A stretch of 64,000 nt of DNA from Candidatus Krumholzibacteriota bacterium (GCA_963727455.1 CAVSGG010000008.1:320001-384000), one strand, 5' to 3'; shown: positions 40,765 through 52,455, counted from the first letter of the stretch. Made by a program: numbers and translations. Notes: generated by a model from the sequence alone, not told the origin.

Positions 40765-42153
40765 ATGAGCGTATCCTCCACACTCTGGCACGGGATCGAT
40801 ACCCTGGTCTGCATGGACGAGCGACGTCGGGTGCTGCACGGCGCCTGGATTCGCAGCGAAGGACCGCGAGTGGTGGAACTGGGTGAGGGTCCATTCGAGC
40901 CACGCAGCGGCGAAAGCACGGTGGATTTGGGCGGCGGAATCGTGATTCCGGGTCTGGTGAACGTCCACCACCACCTCTGTCAGAATCTCACCCGTGCTTA
41001 TGGCCCGGCAGCCGACGCCGAACTCTTCCAATGGCTCACCCTGCTCTACCCGATCTGGGCGGGTTTCACTCCGGAAAACCTGGATCTGGCGGCCCGCGTG
41101 GGATTCGCCGAGCTGCTGCTCTCTGGCTGCACCACCACCAGCGACCACCACTACCTCTTCCCGCGCGCGGGCGCGTCCGAACTGCTGGATGCTACTTTTC
41201 ACGCCGCGCAGGCGCTGGGCATCCGCTTCCACGGAACTCGCGGATCGATGAGCGTGGACGAGTCGAAGGGGGGACTGCCGCCGCGTTCGTGTACGCAGGA
41301 TGAGAGCGTCATCCTTCTCGACAGCGAACGCGTCATCAAACGCTGGCACGATGGGACGCCCTTTTCGATGCATCAGGTCGGGCTGGCACCCTGTGCCCCC
41401 TTCTCGGTGAGTCAGGATCTCATGCGCGAAACCGCGCGCCTGGCTCGCGCCGAAGGAGTACGCCTGCACACCCATCTGGCGGAAACTCGCGACGAAACAG
41501 CGTATTGCTTGGAGCACTTTTCCTGCCGCCCGCTGGACTTCCTCGAGGAAGTAGAGTGGATCGGGGACGACGTGTGGCTGGCCCACGGCATCTGGTTCGA
41601 CGAGCGCGAGATCGACCGCCTGGGAAAAGCGGGAGTTGGCATCGCTCATTGTCCCACTTCCAACATGCGCCTGGGTTCGGGCGTATGCGCGGTGCCCGAG
41701 TTGCGCGCGGCCGGTGTCGCGGTTGGTCTGGGAGTGGACGGGAGTGCGAGCAACGACACCGCTCACATGCTCAACGAAGCACGGATGGCCCTATACCTGC
41801 GGCGGCTTTCGAGTGGAGCGGCGGCCATGACCGCCATGGAGGCGCTGGAGTTGGCGACTCTGGGGGGAGCCCGTTGCCTGGGACGCCGCGAACTTGGCTG
41901 GCTTGGAAAGGACTCGGCCTGCGATTTTGCGCACTTCGATCTTAAGGAGGAAATCGCGGCCAGCGGCGCCCACGATGCGGTAGCCGCGCTCCTCTTCTGT
42001 GGTCCCCTGCGCGCGAGGTCCGTCGTGGTGAACGGTGAAGCGGTGGTGAGGGATGGGCAGGTTCTCACCGAGGATCTGCTTGCGCTGCTTCCCGCGCATC
42101 GCGAGGCCGCCCGGCAGCTCGTGCAAAAGGCGCTGAACACTCCCAATTCCTAA
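40765..42153 (+). CDS. 8-oxoguanine deaminase-like amidohydrolase (AtzB family)
   Basis: PGLVNVHHH, GCTTTSDHHY, RGSMS, LHTHLAE, HCPTSNMRLGSG, GVDGSASND. Confidence 0.88.
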   Translation: MSVSSTLWHGIDTLVCMDERRRVLHGAWIRSEGPRVVELGEGPFEPRSGESTVDLGGGIVIPGLVNVHHHLCQNLTRAYGPAADAELFQWLTLLYPIWAGFTPENLDLAARVGFAELLLSGCTTTSDHHYLFPRAGASELLDATFHAAQALGIRFHGTRGSMSVDESKGGLPPRSCTQDESVILLDSERVIKRWHDGTPFSMHQVGLAPCAPFSVSQDLMRETARLARAEGVRLHTHLAETRDETAYCLEHFSCRPLDFLEEVEWIGDDVWLAHGIWFDEREIDRLGKAGVGIAHCPTSNMRLGSGVCAVPELRAAGVAVGLGVDGSASNDTAHMLNEARMALYLRRLSSGAAAMTAMEALELATLGGARCLGRRELGWLGKDSACDFAHFDLKEEIAASGAHDAVAALLFCGPLRARSVVVNGEAVVRDGQVLTEDLLALLPAHREAARQLVQKALNTPNS

Positions 42154-42243
42154 TCGCACGCACGCACCGGCGCTTGTGGCTGAGATCCCCATCAGGGGGC
42201 TTGAGGTGAAGCCCGGCTCCGCGTGCACGCGGCGCGTCGAAGC

Positions 42244-43332
42244 TCAGCGTTGCCCTTCGAGCCGATGGTCGGCGAGCAAACTCGCGACCGCAGTCTGGAT
42301 CGTGAAATTTTGATCGACGAGGAGCCGGCCCCTCTCCCCCCGGCGCTTCGCTTCCTGCGGATCGTCCAGAACTTCCCGAATGGCCGCGCACAGTCCATCG
42401 ACATCCCCCACCTCGGCCAACCAACCGGTTTGTCCCGCCTGCACCGCCTCGACGATCCCCCCGGTGCGAGTAGCCACGACCGGCCGCGCCAGGGCGAGCG
42501 CCTCGAGCACCGTGTTGGGCAGTGCCTCCCAACGCGAGGCCTGTGCCACCAGATCCGCGCGTCTCATGAGCGCCGGCACGTCGTCCCGGCGGCCCAAGAG
42601 GCGGCAGCGCAAGTCGAGGTCCGCCGCGAGCCTGCGCAGAGAGGCCTCACAGGGGCCGACTCCGGCCAACCACACCTCGAGTTCCTCCCTTCCGAGCCTT
42701 GCCGCGGCCTGCAGCACCAACTCCTGACCCTTGTTGTGGTCGAGGCGTCCCACGCTCAGAACGACCTTGGCAGAAGTGGCGGGCACCGCGAGATCATCCT
42801 CGGCACGCGCGCGGAAATCCTCGGCATCGATACCGTTGGGGACCACGCGCATCTTCCCCGGGTTCACCCGCAAATAACGCCGCGCATACTCCCGCACGTA
42901 CTGGGATACCGGCAGAACCGCGTCGAAGCGACGGTAGGTCCACAGCGCCAGTGCTCGATAGCCGAGACGCCGCACCAGCTGCGGAACTTCACGGTCGAAC
43001 ATGTTGTGGAGGGTACTAAAGCGCAGGTAAGGCGTGCGCGCACCCTGCATGGCCACAAGCGCGTCCGCGCGCAGCATGTGACTGTGCACGAGTTGCGCTT
43101 GAAACTCAGCCAGAGCGCCAGCTAGGGCCTTGCGCGCCGTGCCGAGCGATCCGCGCAGGGGAAGCCGCCGGGTCTCGACTCCTGCGAGTGCATCGAAGCG
43201 ATCGGTGAAGGGACCCTCGGGAGAGATAAGCAGAACTTCATGACCCAAACGGGCCAACTCGCGGGCTGTGAGCGCGGTGTTCTCCTCCGCTCCTCCCAGC
43301 GAGGCCGAGTCGATCAATTCGACGATTCGCAT
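42244..43332 (-). CDS. Glycosyltransferase family 4
   Basis: GGAE, VVPNGID, VGRL...KG, EALPNTVLEA. Confidence 0.88.
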   Translation of the reverse strand: MRIVELIDSASLGGAEENTALTARELARLGHEVLLISPEGPFTDRFDALAGVETRRLPLRGSLGTARKALAGALAEFQAQLVHSHMLRADALVAMQGARTPYLRFSTLHNMFDREVPQLVRRLGYRALALWTYRRFDAVLPVSQYVREYARRYLRVNPGKMRVVPNGIDAEDFRARAEDDLAVPATSAKVVLSVGRLDHNKGQELVLQAAARLGREELEVWLAGVGPCEASLRRLAADLDLRCRLLGRRDDVPALMRRADLVAQASRWEALPNTVLEALALARPVVATRTGGIVEAVQAGQTGWLAEVGDVDGLCAAIREVLDDPQEAKRRGERGRLLVDQNFTIQTAVASLLADHRLEGQR

Positions 43333-43375
43333 GCGCGGGAGACTAGCACGCAGGCACTCCGGCTGCGAGATCGAG

Positions 43376-43993
43376 TCAATTCGATCGCGGCGGCTGAGAG
43401 CAACCGAGGGCCCGGGTGATGAAGGTGATGGCGTCTGCCGCGGAGGATTCCAGGCGATAGTTGCGTTCACTCAGCACCCAGTTGGTCGCCAGCTCGTCTA
43501 GCACCCCGAACACCATCTTGGCCAATTCACGCGGTGGAAGGTCGGCCAGGAAGCTTCCCTTCCTTTGCCCGCGATCGAGGATCGTCGCGAGCGCGTCCAG
43601 GTAGCGCTGTAAGAGGCCCAAACTTAGTTCCTGCAAAAAGGGAATGCTCTTGCGCAAATCGACCTGAAACACCGCGGCGAGCTCGCGGTCCTCGCCCACG
43701 CACTCCAGGTGAAGCTGAATGAAGCGCTCGAGCTGGGCGCGGGGATCGCTCGCTTCCGCCAAAGCAAGCAGTCCCCTCTCCAGAAATCGATTCATGGCCC
43801 GCTCGTAGACCGCGCGCAGCAGCTCGTCCTTGCTCTCGAAGTAGAGATAGATGGTTCCGTCGGCCACGCCGGCCGCCTTGGCCACCTCGCTGACCCGGGT
43901 CCGGTGGAATCCCTTGGCCGCGATCACTCTTACGGCGCCATCCAGGATGGTCTCCCGCTTCTCGTCCCGGAGTTTCACCTTGCGTGGCGGCAT
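43376..43993 (-). CDS. TetR family regulator, FadR(YsiA)-like
   Basis: VAKAAGVADGTIYLYFESKDELL; divergent from the fad operon. Confidence 0.88.
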   Translation of the reverse strand: MPPRKVKLRDEKRETILDGAVRVIAAKGFHRTRVSEVAKAAGVADGTIYLYFESKDELLRAVYERAMNRFLERGLLALAEASDPRAQLERFIQLHLECVGEDRELAAVFQVDLRKSIPFLQELSLGLLQRYLDALATILDRGQRKGSFLADLPPRELAKMVFGVLDELATNWVLSERNYRLESSAADAITFITRALGCSQPPRSN

Positions 43994-44030
43994 TTTTCCT
44001 CTTTCCAGCGTCTTGAGGCTTTCTCAAAAG

Positions 44031-44044
44031 TGAATATATATTCA
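44031..44044. promoter_or_regulatory. Putative TetR/FadR operator
   Basis: Perfect palindrome TGAATATATATTCA between the regulator and fadN; shares TGAAT..ATTCA arms with Bacillus FadR boxes. Confidence 0.65.
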
Positions 44045-44177
44045 GTATCGGCCGCCAGGCTTCCGAGTCGGCCCTATTCCTGCATGCGAATTAGAGGCCA
44101 ATTCCGAGCGAAAACCGGCTTGATCGTGCCGATTCCGCTTGGAAGGGGCTCAACTCCGCCCTTTCGAGGAGTGAACC

Positions 44178-46607
44178 GTGATTCAGAATGAAACTTGGTC
44201 GAGAGTTCCCGTTCTGCGCCGCGTCGCAGTGCTGGGAGCGGGCACGATGGGGGCAGCCATTGCGGCCCATCTGGCGAACGCCGGGCTAGAGGTGCTTCTC
44301 CTGGATCTTCCTCCCCGGGAATTGAGCGATGAAGAGAAGGCGGCGGGAGTGGATCCCCAGAGCCCGGAGCACCGTAACCGCCTGGCGCTTGCGGCCATCG
44401 CCGCGCTCGACAAACATCGCCCGGCCCCCCTCTTCACCCGCGAATTCGCCTCCCGAATCGAGGCTGGCAACTTCGAGGATGAGCTCGACCGGTTGGCCGA
44501 GATGGATTGGGTCATCGAAGTCGTGGTGGAGCGTCTGAACATCAAGCAGTCCTTGTTGTCCAAGGTAGAAGCGGCGGTGGGTGACTCCACGATCATCTCC
44601 TCCAACACCAGCGGCATCCCCATCGCGTCGCTCTGCGAAGGTCATGGCGAGAGCTTTCAGCGGCGCTTCTTGGGAACCCACTTCTTCAACCCGCCGCGCT
44701 ACATGCACCTCTTGGAAGTCATTCCGGGGCCCAGGACCGATCCCGCCTTGGTGGAGACTTTGCGCGCGTTCGCGGATGAGCGCCTGGGCAAGGGAGTGGT
44801 CGTGGCGAAGGACCGTCCCAACTTCGTAGCCAACCGCATCGGTTGCTTTGGAATGATGCGCACCGCCGCTCTGATGCTCGAGCACGAACTCGGTGTCGAT
44901 GTGGTGGATGCCCTGACCGGACCGTTCCTGGGACGCGCCAAGAGTGCCACTTTCCGCACCGCTGATCTCGTGGGCTTGGACGTCCTGTTGCACGTGGCCG
45001 AAAACGTCAAGTTGGGTGCGCCGGACGATCCCGAGCTGGAAGTGTTCACGCCGATTCCACAGCTGAAGCGCATGGTGGAGGAAGGTCTTCTGGGAGAAAA
45101 GACCGGGAAGGGCTTTTTCCAGAAGACCAAAGTGGATGGCAATCGCGTCATCCAGACTCTCGATCTGAAGAGCTTCGAATACCGCGATCGCGAAAGAGCG
45201 CACTTCCCCGAGATCGACGCTCTCAAGGGAACGGACGATCTGCGCCAGCGCCTGCGCGGGGTCTTCAAGGCCAAGGGCAAAGGCGCTACCTTCTGCTGGG
45301 CCGTGCTCAGGGACACCTTGCGCTACGCGGCCGAGGTGGCGGCAGAGATCGCTGACGATCTGCCCTCAATCGACCGCGCCCTTTGCTGGGGCTTCGGCTG
45401 GCAACTGGGGCCGTTCCAGGTCTGGGACGCCATGGGCTTCACCGATGTCATCCAGCGTATGGAGGAGGACGGCCGACCCGCTCCAGAGTGGGTGAAGGAA
45501 TTCGCCAAGTCGAACGCGAACGGTTTCTATCAGCGATCCGATGATGGCGGTTACCGGGTTGCCGTTCCCGATGGCAGCTCTAGCACTCCTCTGCGTGAGC
45601 TTCCCGGGGTCATCGATCTAAAGCTGCCCAGCCAGGGAATCCGCAAAATCGCCGAAAACAGCGGAGCAAGTCTGTGGGATCTGGGAGACAGCGTCCTCGG
45701 ACTCGAGTTCCATTCCAAAATGAATTCCATCGGTGGCGAGATCCTGTCGATGACTGCGCAGGCGAACGAACGCGTCGTGAAGGATTTCCGCGGCTTGGTG
45801 GTCGGCAACCAGGGGCAAAACTTCTCGGTTGGTGCCAACCTGGCGCTTTTGTTGATGGCCGCGGTCGAGGGTGAGTACGAGGAAATCGATCTCATCGTGC
45901 GTCAATTTCAGCGCACGACCATGAGCCTGAAGACCTGTCCGCGTCCGGTGGTGGTGGCACCGTTCGGCCTCACGCTGGGCGGGGGATGTGAATACACCCT
46001 TCACGGTGCACGCGTGCACGCCTCGGCAGAGCTCTACGTGGGTCTGGTGGAGGGTGGAGTGGGGCTCATTCCCGCCGGCGGAGGGACCAAGGAATTCTAT
46101 CTGCGCATGCTGGAGCGTCTGGGACCCAAGTCGGATCCGATGGAGGCGGCACGCCGCGCCTTCGAGACCATCGGCATGGCCAAGGTCTCGACCAGCGCGG
46201 TGGAGGCCCAAGAGTTGGGATTCTTGCGCGCGAGTGACAGTCTGGCCATGAATCCGGACCGGCTCATCGCCGGAGCGAAGGCCGAGGTGATTGCGTTGGC
46301 CGAAGCGGGCTACGTGGCGCCACACCCGCGCGAGGACATTCCCGTTTCCGGAGCAGACGGCCGCGCCCTCCTCGAGGTCGGTCTCTACAACATGCTCGAG
46401 GCCGGATACATCTCCGAGCACGACCGGCTCATCGGCCGCAAGCTGGCGCGCATCCTCACCGGCGGCGAGGTGGTGGCGGGCGCGAAAGTGAGCGAACAGC
46501 ATCTGCTCGATCTCGAGCGCGAAGCATTTCTCTCGCTCTGCGGCGAGCGGAAGAGCCTCGAGCGCATCCAGTACATGCTCAAGAAGGGTAAGCCCCTGCG
46601 CAATTAG
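44178..46607 (+). CDS. fadN: 3-hydroxyacyl-CoA dehydrogenase/enoyl-CoA hydratase
   Basis: GAGTMG, SSNTSGIP, HFFNPPRYM, FHSKMN, LGGGCE, GKPLRN end. Confidence 0.9.
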   Translation: MIQNETWSRVPVLRRVAVLGAGTMGAAIAAHLANAGLEVLLLDLPPRELSDEEKAAGVDPQSPEHRNRLALAAIAALDKHRPAPLFTREFASRIEAGNFEDELDRLAEMDWVIEVVVERLNIKQSLLSKVEAAVGDSTIISSNTSGIPIASLCEGHGESFQRRFLGTHFFNPPRYMHLLEVIPGPRTDPALVETLRAFADERLGKGVVVAKDRPNFVANRIGCFGMMRTAALMLEHELGVDVVDALTGPFLGRAKSATFRTADLVGLDVLLHVAENVKLGAPDDPELEVFTPIPQLKRMVEEGLLGEKTGKGFFQKTKVDGNRVIQTLDLKSFEYRDRERAHFPEIDALKGTDDLRQRLRGVFKAKGKGATFCWAVLRDTLRYAAEVAAEIADDLPSIDRALCWGFGWQLGPFQVWDAMGFTDVIQRMEEDGRPAPEWVKEFAKSNANGFYQRSDDGGYRVAVPDGSSSTPLRELPGVIDLKLPSQGIRKIAENSGASLWDLGDSVLGLEFHSKMNSIGGEILSMTAQANERVVKDFRGLVVGNQGQNFSVGANLALLLMAAVEGEYEEIDLIVRQFQRTTMSLKTCPRPVVVAPFGLTLGGGCEYTLHGARVHASAELYVGLVEGGVGLIPAGGGTKEFYLRMLERLGPKSDPMEAARRAFETIGMAKVSTSAVEAQELGFLRASDSLAMNPDRLIAGAKAEVIALAEAGYVAPHPREDIPVSGADGRALLEVGLYNMLEAGYISEHDRLIGRKLARILTGGEVVAGAKVSEQHLLDLEREAFLSLCGERKSLERIQYMLKKGKPLRN

Positions 46608-46622
46608 TCCAGGAGGAAATCG

Positions 46623-47762
46623 ATGACAGCCTACATCCTCGATGCGGTTCGTTCGCCAATGGGGCGCGCACACAAGGGCAAGCTGGCGACCGTTCGTCCC
46701 GACGATTTGGCAGCGCAGCTGGTCCAGGCTCTTCTCGCGCGTCACGAGAATCTGGAACCCGCCACCATCGACGATCTGATCGGCGCCACCGCCATGCCCG
46801 AGGCCGAACAGGGAATGAACCTGGGACGCATCGTGGCCCAGCGCGCGCAGCTTCCCGACAGCGTGCCCGGAATGACCTTAAACCGATTTTGTGCCTCGAG
46901 CCTGGAGGCCATCGCGCTTGCGGTCGCGAAAATTCAGAGCGAGATGGCTGATGTAGTCGTGGCCTTTGGTGTGGAGAGCATGAGCCGAATCCCCATGGGC
47001 GGTTTGAAGCTGTCCCCCAATCCCTGGCTGGCCGAACACAGGCCCGGCAACTACCTGGGGATGGGATTGACGGCGGAAAACCTGGTGAAGCGTTACTCGA
47101 TTACCCGCGAGGACCAGGATGCCTTCGCATTGAAGAGCCATCAGCGAACCATCGCCAGCGAGAAAAAGAGATTGTGGGAGGACGAGCGCATTCCGTACGA
47201 GCAAGAGGGAGAAATCGTCTTGGACCACGACGAGTGTCCCCGCGCGGAGACGAGTCTGGAGCTCCTCGGCAGCCTCAAACCTTCCTTTGCCCTGAACGGC
47301 ACGGTGACGGCCGGCAACAGCAGCCCATTGACCGATGGCGCGAGCGCGGTGCTGGTGGTCAGTGAGAAAATTCTGAAGGAGCTCGGCGAAGAGCCCCTGG
47401 GCCGTCTGGTGAGCTATGCGGTGGCCGGTGTCGACCCCGAGATCATGGGGATCGCGCCGGTTACTGCGGTGCCCAAGGCTCTGGCGAAGGCGGGCTGGAA
47501 ACTGTCAGAGATCGAGCGAGTAGAACTGAACGAGGCCTTCGCCGCCCAGTCCCTGGCCGTGATCCGCGAATTGGGTTTGGACCCCGAACTCACCAATCCG
47601 CAGGGTGGAGCCATCGCGCTGGGACATCCTCTGGGGATGAGTGGCGCGCGGATTGCGGGGACTCTGCTGCACGCCATGAAGCGTTCCGGCGAGCGCAAGG
47701 GACTCGCCACTCTCTGTATCGGAGGCGGCATGGGGGCCGCCGCCGCCTTCGAGCGCGCATGA
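46623..47762 (+). CDS. fadA: 3-ketoacyl-CoA thiolase
   Basis: NRFCASS, NEAFAAQ, GHPLG, CIGGGMG. Confidence 0.9.
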   Translation: MTAYILDAVRSPMGRAHKGKLATVRPDDLAAQLVQALLARHENLEPATIDDLIGATAMPEAEQGMNLGRIVAQRAQLPDSVPGMTLNRFCASSLEAIALAVAKIQSEMADVVVAFGVESMSRIPMGGLKLSPNPWLAEHRPGNYLGMGLTAENLVKRYSITREDQDAFALKSHQRTIASEKKRLWEDERIPYEQEGEIVLDHDECPRAETSLELLGSLKPSFALNGTVTAGNSSPLTDGASAVLVVSEKILKELGEEPLGRLVSYAVAGVDPEIMGIAPVTAVPKALAKAGWKLSEIERVELNEAFAAQSLAVIRELGLDPELTNPQGGAIALGHPLGMSGARIAGTLLHAMKRSGERKGLATLCIGGGMGAAAAFERA

Positions 47763-47788
47763 ATCGCGCCTGCATTGGAGATGTGACC

Positions 47789-49567
47789 ATGAATCAGAAG
47801 ACCTTACGACGCGGCGGGAGCTTCCTGATCGAGCTTACCCCGTTTCAGGAGATTCAAACCCCCGAAGACTTCAGCCAGGAAACTCAACTCCTGGCGCAGA
47901 CCTGCCGCGACTTCGTAAAGCAAGAGGTTCTGCCGGTGATGGAGCGGCTGGAAGCCCAAGAGGAAGGTCTCATGCCCGCCCTGCTGAAGAAGGCGGGCGA
48001 AATCGGCCTCTTGGCGGTCGACGTTCCCGAGGCCTTCGGCGGACTCAGCGCGCCCAAGACCCAGAGCATGGTGGTGGCGGAGTCCATTGCCGCGGGCGGA
48101 AGTTTTCCGGTAGCACACGGCGCGCAAACCGGCATCGGCACTCTGCCCATCGTTTATTTTGGAACAGCGGAGCAGAAGCAGGAGTGGTTGCCCAAATTGG
48201 CCACTGGGGAACTCATCACCGCCTACGCTCTCACCGAAGCCGGCAGCGGAAGCGATGCACTGGCCGCAAAGAGCACGGCCGTCCTGGACGGTGAGGAATG
48301 GGTGCTCAACGGTGAGAAGATGTACATCACCAATGGTAGCTTCGCCGACGTGGTGATCGTCTTCGCCAAAGTGGACGGCGAGCATTTCTCGGCTTTCATC
48401 GTGCCCATGGACACCCCGGGTGTTAGCCCCGGTGCCGAAGAACACAAGATGGGCATCAAGGGCAGCTCCACGACGAGCATCGTGATGCAGGACGCCCGCA
48501 TTCCCAAGGCCAACCTCCTTGGTGAGGTGGGTAAGGGACACATCATCGCCTTCAACATCCTCAACGTCGGACGGTTCAAGTTGGGCGCCGCAGTGACGGG
48601 AGCGGCGAAAGAAGCAATCGAAAAGACCATCGCCTACGTGAGCGAGCGCAAACAATTCAACAAGACTCTCAGCGAGTTCCCGCTCACGCAGAACAAATTG
48701 GGAACGATGGCGGCGCGGATTTTCGCCGCGGAGAGCGCGGTCTATCGTACCGCAGGATATTTCGACGAAGCGATCAGTGCGCTGGACAAGACTCACGCGG
48801 ATTACGACCGAGAAGTCATCGGCGCCATCGACGATTACTCCATCGAGTGCAGCATCATCAAAGTCTTCGCATCGGAGGTCCTGGACTACGTGGTGGACGA
48901 GATGGTGCAGCTCTACGGAGGCTACGGCTTCGTGGAGGACTACCCCGCCGCGCGCTATTACCGTGACTCCCGCATCAATCGCATCTTCGAGGGCACGAAC
49001 GAGATCAACCGCATGCTGATTCCCGGGATGATTCTCAAGCGGGCGATGAAGGGCGAGCTTCCGCTCTTGGCGGCGGCCAAGGGCATTCAGGACGAGTTGC
49101 TTTCCATTCCGTCGCTCGGCGAGGAGGGTGAGAGGGAAGCCTTCGCGGCCGAGCTCGAGCAGGTCGCCAAGCTCAAGAAGGCCGTTCTGCTCGTGGCGGG
49201 AGTCGCCACACAGAAGCTAGGAACCAAACTGCAGGAAGAGCAGGAAGTTCTCGTGCACGCCGCCGACATGATCATGGAAACCTACGCGCTGGAGAGCGCG
49301 GTGCTGCGTGCGCAGAAGATGCTGGCTGCGGGCAAGAAGATTCCGGCGGTGCAGGCCATGATCACCGTTCTGGTCGCTGAAGCCGTCGAGCGCGTGGGAC
49401 GCGCAGGCCGTACCGCACTGACCCACGTCACCGAGGGTGATGAACTGGGCATGATGCTGGTGGGCCTCAAGCGATTCACGAAAGTGCCGCAGGTCGACAC
49501 CATTGCCGCGGCACGCGTGGCCGCCCAAGCCCTCCTGGAGCATGGAAGCTACCGGGTGCCGGCCTAG
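47789..49567 (+). CDS. fadE: Acyl-CoA dehydrogenase
   Basis: [38 protein letters not shown]. Confidence 0.9.
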   Translation: MNQKTLRRGGSFLIELTPFQEIQTPEDFSQETQLLAQTCRDFVKQEVLPVMERLEAQEEGLMPALLKKAGEIGLLAVDVPEAFGGLSAPKTQSMVVAESIAAGGSFPVAHGAQTGIGTLPIVYFGTAEQKQEWLPKLATGELITAYALTEAGSGSDALAAKSTAVLDGEEWVLNGEKMYITNGSFADVVIVFAKVDGEHFSAFIVPMDTPGVSPGAEEHKMGIKGSSTTSIVMQDARIPKANLLGEVGKGHIIAFNILNVGRFKLGAAVTGAAKEAIEKTIAYVSERKQFNKTLSEFPLTQNKLGTMAARIFAAESAVYRTAGYFDEAISALDKTHADYDREVIGAIDDYSIECSIIKVFASEVLDYVVDEMVQLYGGYGFVEDYPAARYYRDSRINRIFEGTNEINRMLIPGMILKRAMKGELPLLAAAKGIQDELLSIPSLGEEGEREAFAAELEQVAKLKKAVLLVAGVATQKLGTKLQEEQEVLVHAADMIMETYALESAVLRAQKMLAAGKKIPAVQAMITVLVAEAVERVGRAGRTALTHVTEGDELGMMLVGLKRFTKVPQVDTIAAARVAAQALLEHGSYRVPA

Positions 49568-49709
49568 AGTCGAAAGAGAGCCCGGTGCCGTCCGCTGTCT
49601 CCGTCGTCCTTCCCGCCTCCCATTGAAGAAGGACGATGAAGACAGCCCCCGACGAAACCGGGCTCGCCGCGTTCTTCTTGCAGGCTGGATGCCAAGCGGG
49701 AAGCATCGC

Positions 49710-49753
49710 AAAAAAGCAGCTCCAAGCCCCCTTCAGACAAGAGCTTGGAGCTG
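49710..49753 (-). terminator. Intrinsic terminator after the C25 peptidase gene
   Basis: CAGCTCCAAGC (49717-49727) pairs with GCTTGGAGCTG (49743-49753); T6 tract on the minus strand. Confidence 0.65.
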
Positions 49754-49835
49754 AACCCTCCACCGGTCTTCGCGCTCCACTCGCCGCCCCCCGCTGTCCG
49801 GCGTTCGACGGCCCGGACAGCGGGGCAGCGACTCC

Positions 49836-52244
49836 TCAACGCACCTTGACCACGCGCGTGCTGATCTGACGACCTTCGGTGAGCAGTTTGACGAAGTAGA
49901 CTCCGCTGGACACGCTGCTTCCGTGATCGTCGCGGCCGTTCCAGCCGATGTGATCCTCGCCGGGACCCACCTGCAGCGCGCGCACCTGGCGGCCGCGGGC
50001 ATCGAAGATCCGCAGGCGGCCACCCTGGTCCAACCTGCGGTTCAACTGGAACACGGTGCGCTGGGCCATCACCGAGGGAGTGGCGCGCAGGAGCAGCTTG
50101 CTGGTCTGCAGCGAGGGCGCGGGCGTACCGGCGATCACGGGGACCGATCCCACGAAGACGTTGCCGTCCAGATCGCGAACCACAACTTCCATCTCTCCCT
50201 CCGTGCTGGGAGTGACCGAGAGGCTGGCCGCTCCTCCTGCGTCGGTGTAGGTGTTGGTGAAGACCTCGTCGCCGCTGGCGAGCTTGCCGTTGTTGGCGCG
50301 CTTCCAGACCGAGACCAGCGCCTCTTTCACCGCCAAGCCTTCGGGATCGTAAACCTCGACGGTCAGGCCACAGCCATCGGGACAGACCTGGAGCGCCTCG
50401 GGCATGATCACCGTCCAGTCCAGGGCGCCCAGACGCTTGATCTTCATCTCCGGATCGCCCAGCAGCATGTACATCCAGGCGTTGTCACCGTCATAAGCGC
50501 TGGTCATCTGGTTCTCTGCAGCGGAGATTGCCTGCGCATGTCCGGTGATGCCATCTTCGAAGACGGCCTTGAAGAGACCGCGATCCAGTTCGTGGTTGGG
50601 AGTCGTGTAGCTGGGCACGGTGGCTCCATAGTGCGCGACCGCACCGTCGTTGGTCTCCTCCATCCAGTTTTCACCGACGCAGTCCGCCACCCGGATGTCG
50701 TTGTTGTTACATGCGATGGACCAAACCACTGGTGTGCGCGGAGCGTTCGCCAGGACGCTGATGTCGGAAGAGCCGAAGCTTTCGAAACTGGTGTTCCAAC
50801 CGGTCCATGCGCCAGTGCTGCCGTGTCCGCGATAGCAGATGAGCCCCGCTCCGTTGTCGATCAGGTCCCTCACGTCGCTATTCGTCGTTCCGGCACTGCC
50901 GTAGAGAGTGACGAAATTCGGCGTCACGGAGTAGCTCGCGGTGCGCACGGACTCCTGGGCGCCCTCATATTTGTTGGGCGCGTTCTCCTTGTGCGCGGCC
51001 AATCCCACCGTGGTATAGGGCCAGGTGAAATCGCGGCCGTTCTCGTAGTTGAGGATCTTCGCCACCTGGTTGCTGAGGTCGTCCGCGTTATCCACCGACA
51101 GGCGTCCTACCCAGACCTCCTCGTTCAAGTCGTCGCCGTTCATGGAACCGTAAAGATCGTCGGTGGGAACCACTCCTGCGTTGTTGGTTTGGGGGGAGGG
51201 GCACAACGGAATGAACGTATCATCTCCCACGAGCAACACATAGTGGTCGTAGAGAGGTGACGAGCTTTGATACCAATGCTCGATGGCATCGCGAATTTCG
51301 CTGCAAGTAGTGCCCACCGATTCCAGGGTCAACTCGGTCACTTGGAAGCCGCGGGACTTCTTTTGATCGATCAGCGGTTGGATCTGCGGCTGCAGGTATT
51401 CGCGATATAGGAAGAGGAAGCGACCTTCGTAGTATTCTCCATTGCTGAGGAAAAATTCCCGCGCCACTTTCCAGTTGTCATAGATGGTCGCGGCCAGGTG
51501 CGCCTCCTCGATCGTTCCTTGCCCGAATGAGAGTAATGCCCCCTGATGTCCGAGCAGCAACCGCATCTGGTCATAGACCTGAAGTTCGCCGGTCGCGGGA
51601 TCCCACTTGCATGGCCAGGCCTCGAACTGAGCAGTGGGAATCCAGCGGTCGGCGGCTTCGACGGGCCGGCCCCGCGGTCCGAAATCGGTGGGCCAGGGTC
51701 CGCTGCTCGCATAGAGCTGCTCGTCGATCTGGAAAATCTCAGGGTCCCCCTCGGGATGATCGCGCTCGGGAATGGGTTGCGGGTAGATCTGCATGTTCGA
51801 GAAGCTGCGCGTGTTGAGGATCTCCACGCGATCCAGGGTGACACCCTCGGCGCTGGTGGGTACGGCCAGACACATCTGGACCGCGGGCAGAAGCGGAGCA
51901 CCGGTTTGACCCATGATGCCCAGGCCGGGAAAGCTCAGGCGCTGGTAGCTGTGTTGATCGGCGCCCAGGACATCTTCCATCCAGAAACCGTGGATGACCA
52001 CGTCGATCACGGTCTGTTGGTCGTCTGATCCGGAGACGAGTTTGACCTCGGCCGCAGTCCCCTCCGGAGTGTGGTCCAGGTGCACCCATTCCTGGGCCCG
52101 GGCATCGCCGGCAAGGGGACCTGCGCCAATGGTCAAGAGAAAGACCAGCCAGAGCAGGGAAAGCGCCGGGAGCTTCGCTTTGGGGGATCGAACTGAGGGC
52201 TCAGGGAAGGCTCTGCCCTGAAAGTGCGGATCGGGCAAGCGCAT
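49836..52244 (-). CDS. C25 (gingipain-like) cysteine peptidase with propeptide and FlgD-Ig C-terminus
   Basis: GAPLLP propeptide motif, YVLLVGD, VGRLS, YRGHG (His), SIAC (Cys), LLGDP, WNGRDDHG..VSSGVY. Confidence 0.88.
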   Translation of the reverse strand: MRLPDPHFQGRAFPEPSVRSPKAKLPALSLLWLVFLLTIGAGPLAGDARAQEWVHLDHTPEGTAAEVKLVSGSDDQQTVIDVVIHGFWMEDVLGADQHSYQRLSFPGLGIMGQTGAPLLPAVQMCLAVPTSAEGVTLDRVEILNTRSFSNMQIYPQPIPERDHPEGDPEIFQIDEQLYASSGPWPTDFGPRGRPVEAADRWIPTAQFEAWPCKWDPATGELQVYDQMRLLLGHQGALLSFGQGTIEEAHLAATIYDNWKVAREFFLSNGEYYEGRFLFLYREYLQPQIQPLIDQKKSRGFQVTELTLESVGTTCSEIRDAIEHWYQSSSPLYDHYVLLVGDDTFIPLCPSPQTNNAGVVPTDDLYGSMNGDDLNEEVWVGRLSVDNADDLSNQVAKILNYENGRDFTWPYTTVGLAAHKENAPNKYEGAQESVRTASYSVTPNFVTLYGSAGTTNSDVRDLIDNGAGLICYRGHGSTGAWTGWNTSFESFGSSDISVLANAPRTPVVWSIACNNNDIRVADCVGENWMEETNDGAVAHYGATVPSYTTPNHELDRGLFKAVFEDGITGHAQAISAAENQMTSAYDGDNAWMYMLLGDPEMKIKRLGALDWTVIMPEALQVCPDGCGLTVEVYDPEGLAVKEALVSVWKRANNGKLASGDEVFTNTYTDAGGAASLSVTPSTEGEMEVVVRDLDGNVFVGSVPVIAGTPAPSLQTSKLLLRATPSVMAQRTVFQLNRRLDQGGRLRIFDARGRQVRALQVGPGEDHIGWNGRDDHGSSVSSGVYFVKLLTEGRQISTRVVKVR

Positions 52245-52455
52245 GGAGTGCCTCCTTCGGCAGACGCCGTGGCGGGACGGATTGACAGGGATTGTCAGCT
52301 ATCGAGCAAGGGCGAGTTCCGCGGCGGACGCGTTCCCCGTCCCCCACGAGCTCATCGGTTCTTGGTTTGCTCTCATCCTTAGCAACGAAAATCCGGCGCC
52401 GAAGCGGACACACATTCGTTGACGAGAAGTGGGTGGATGAAGACGATGTGGAGGG

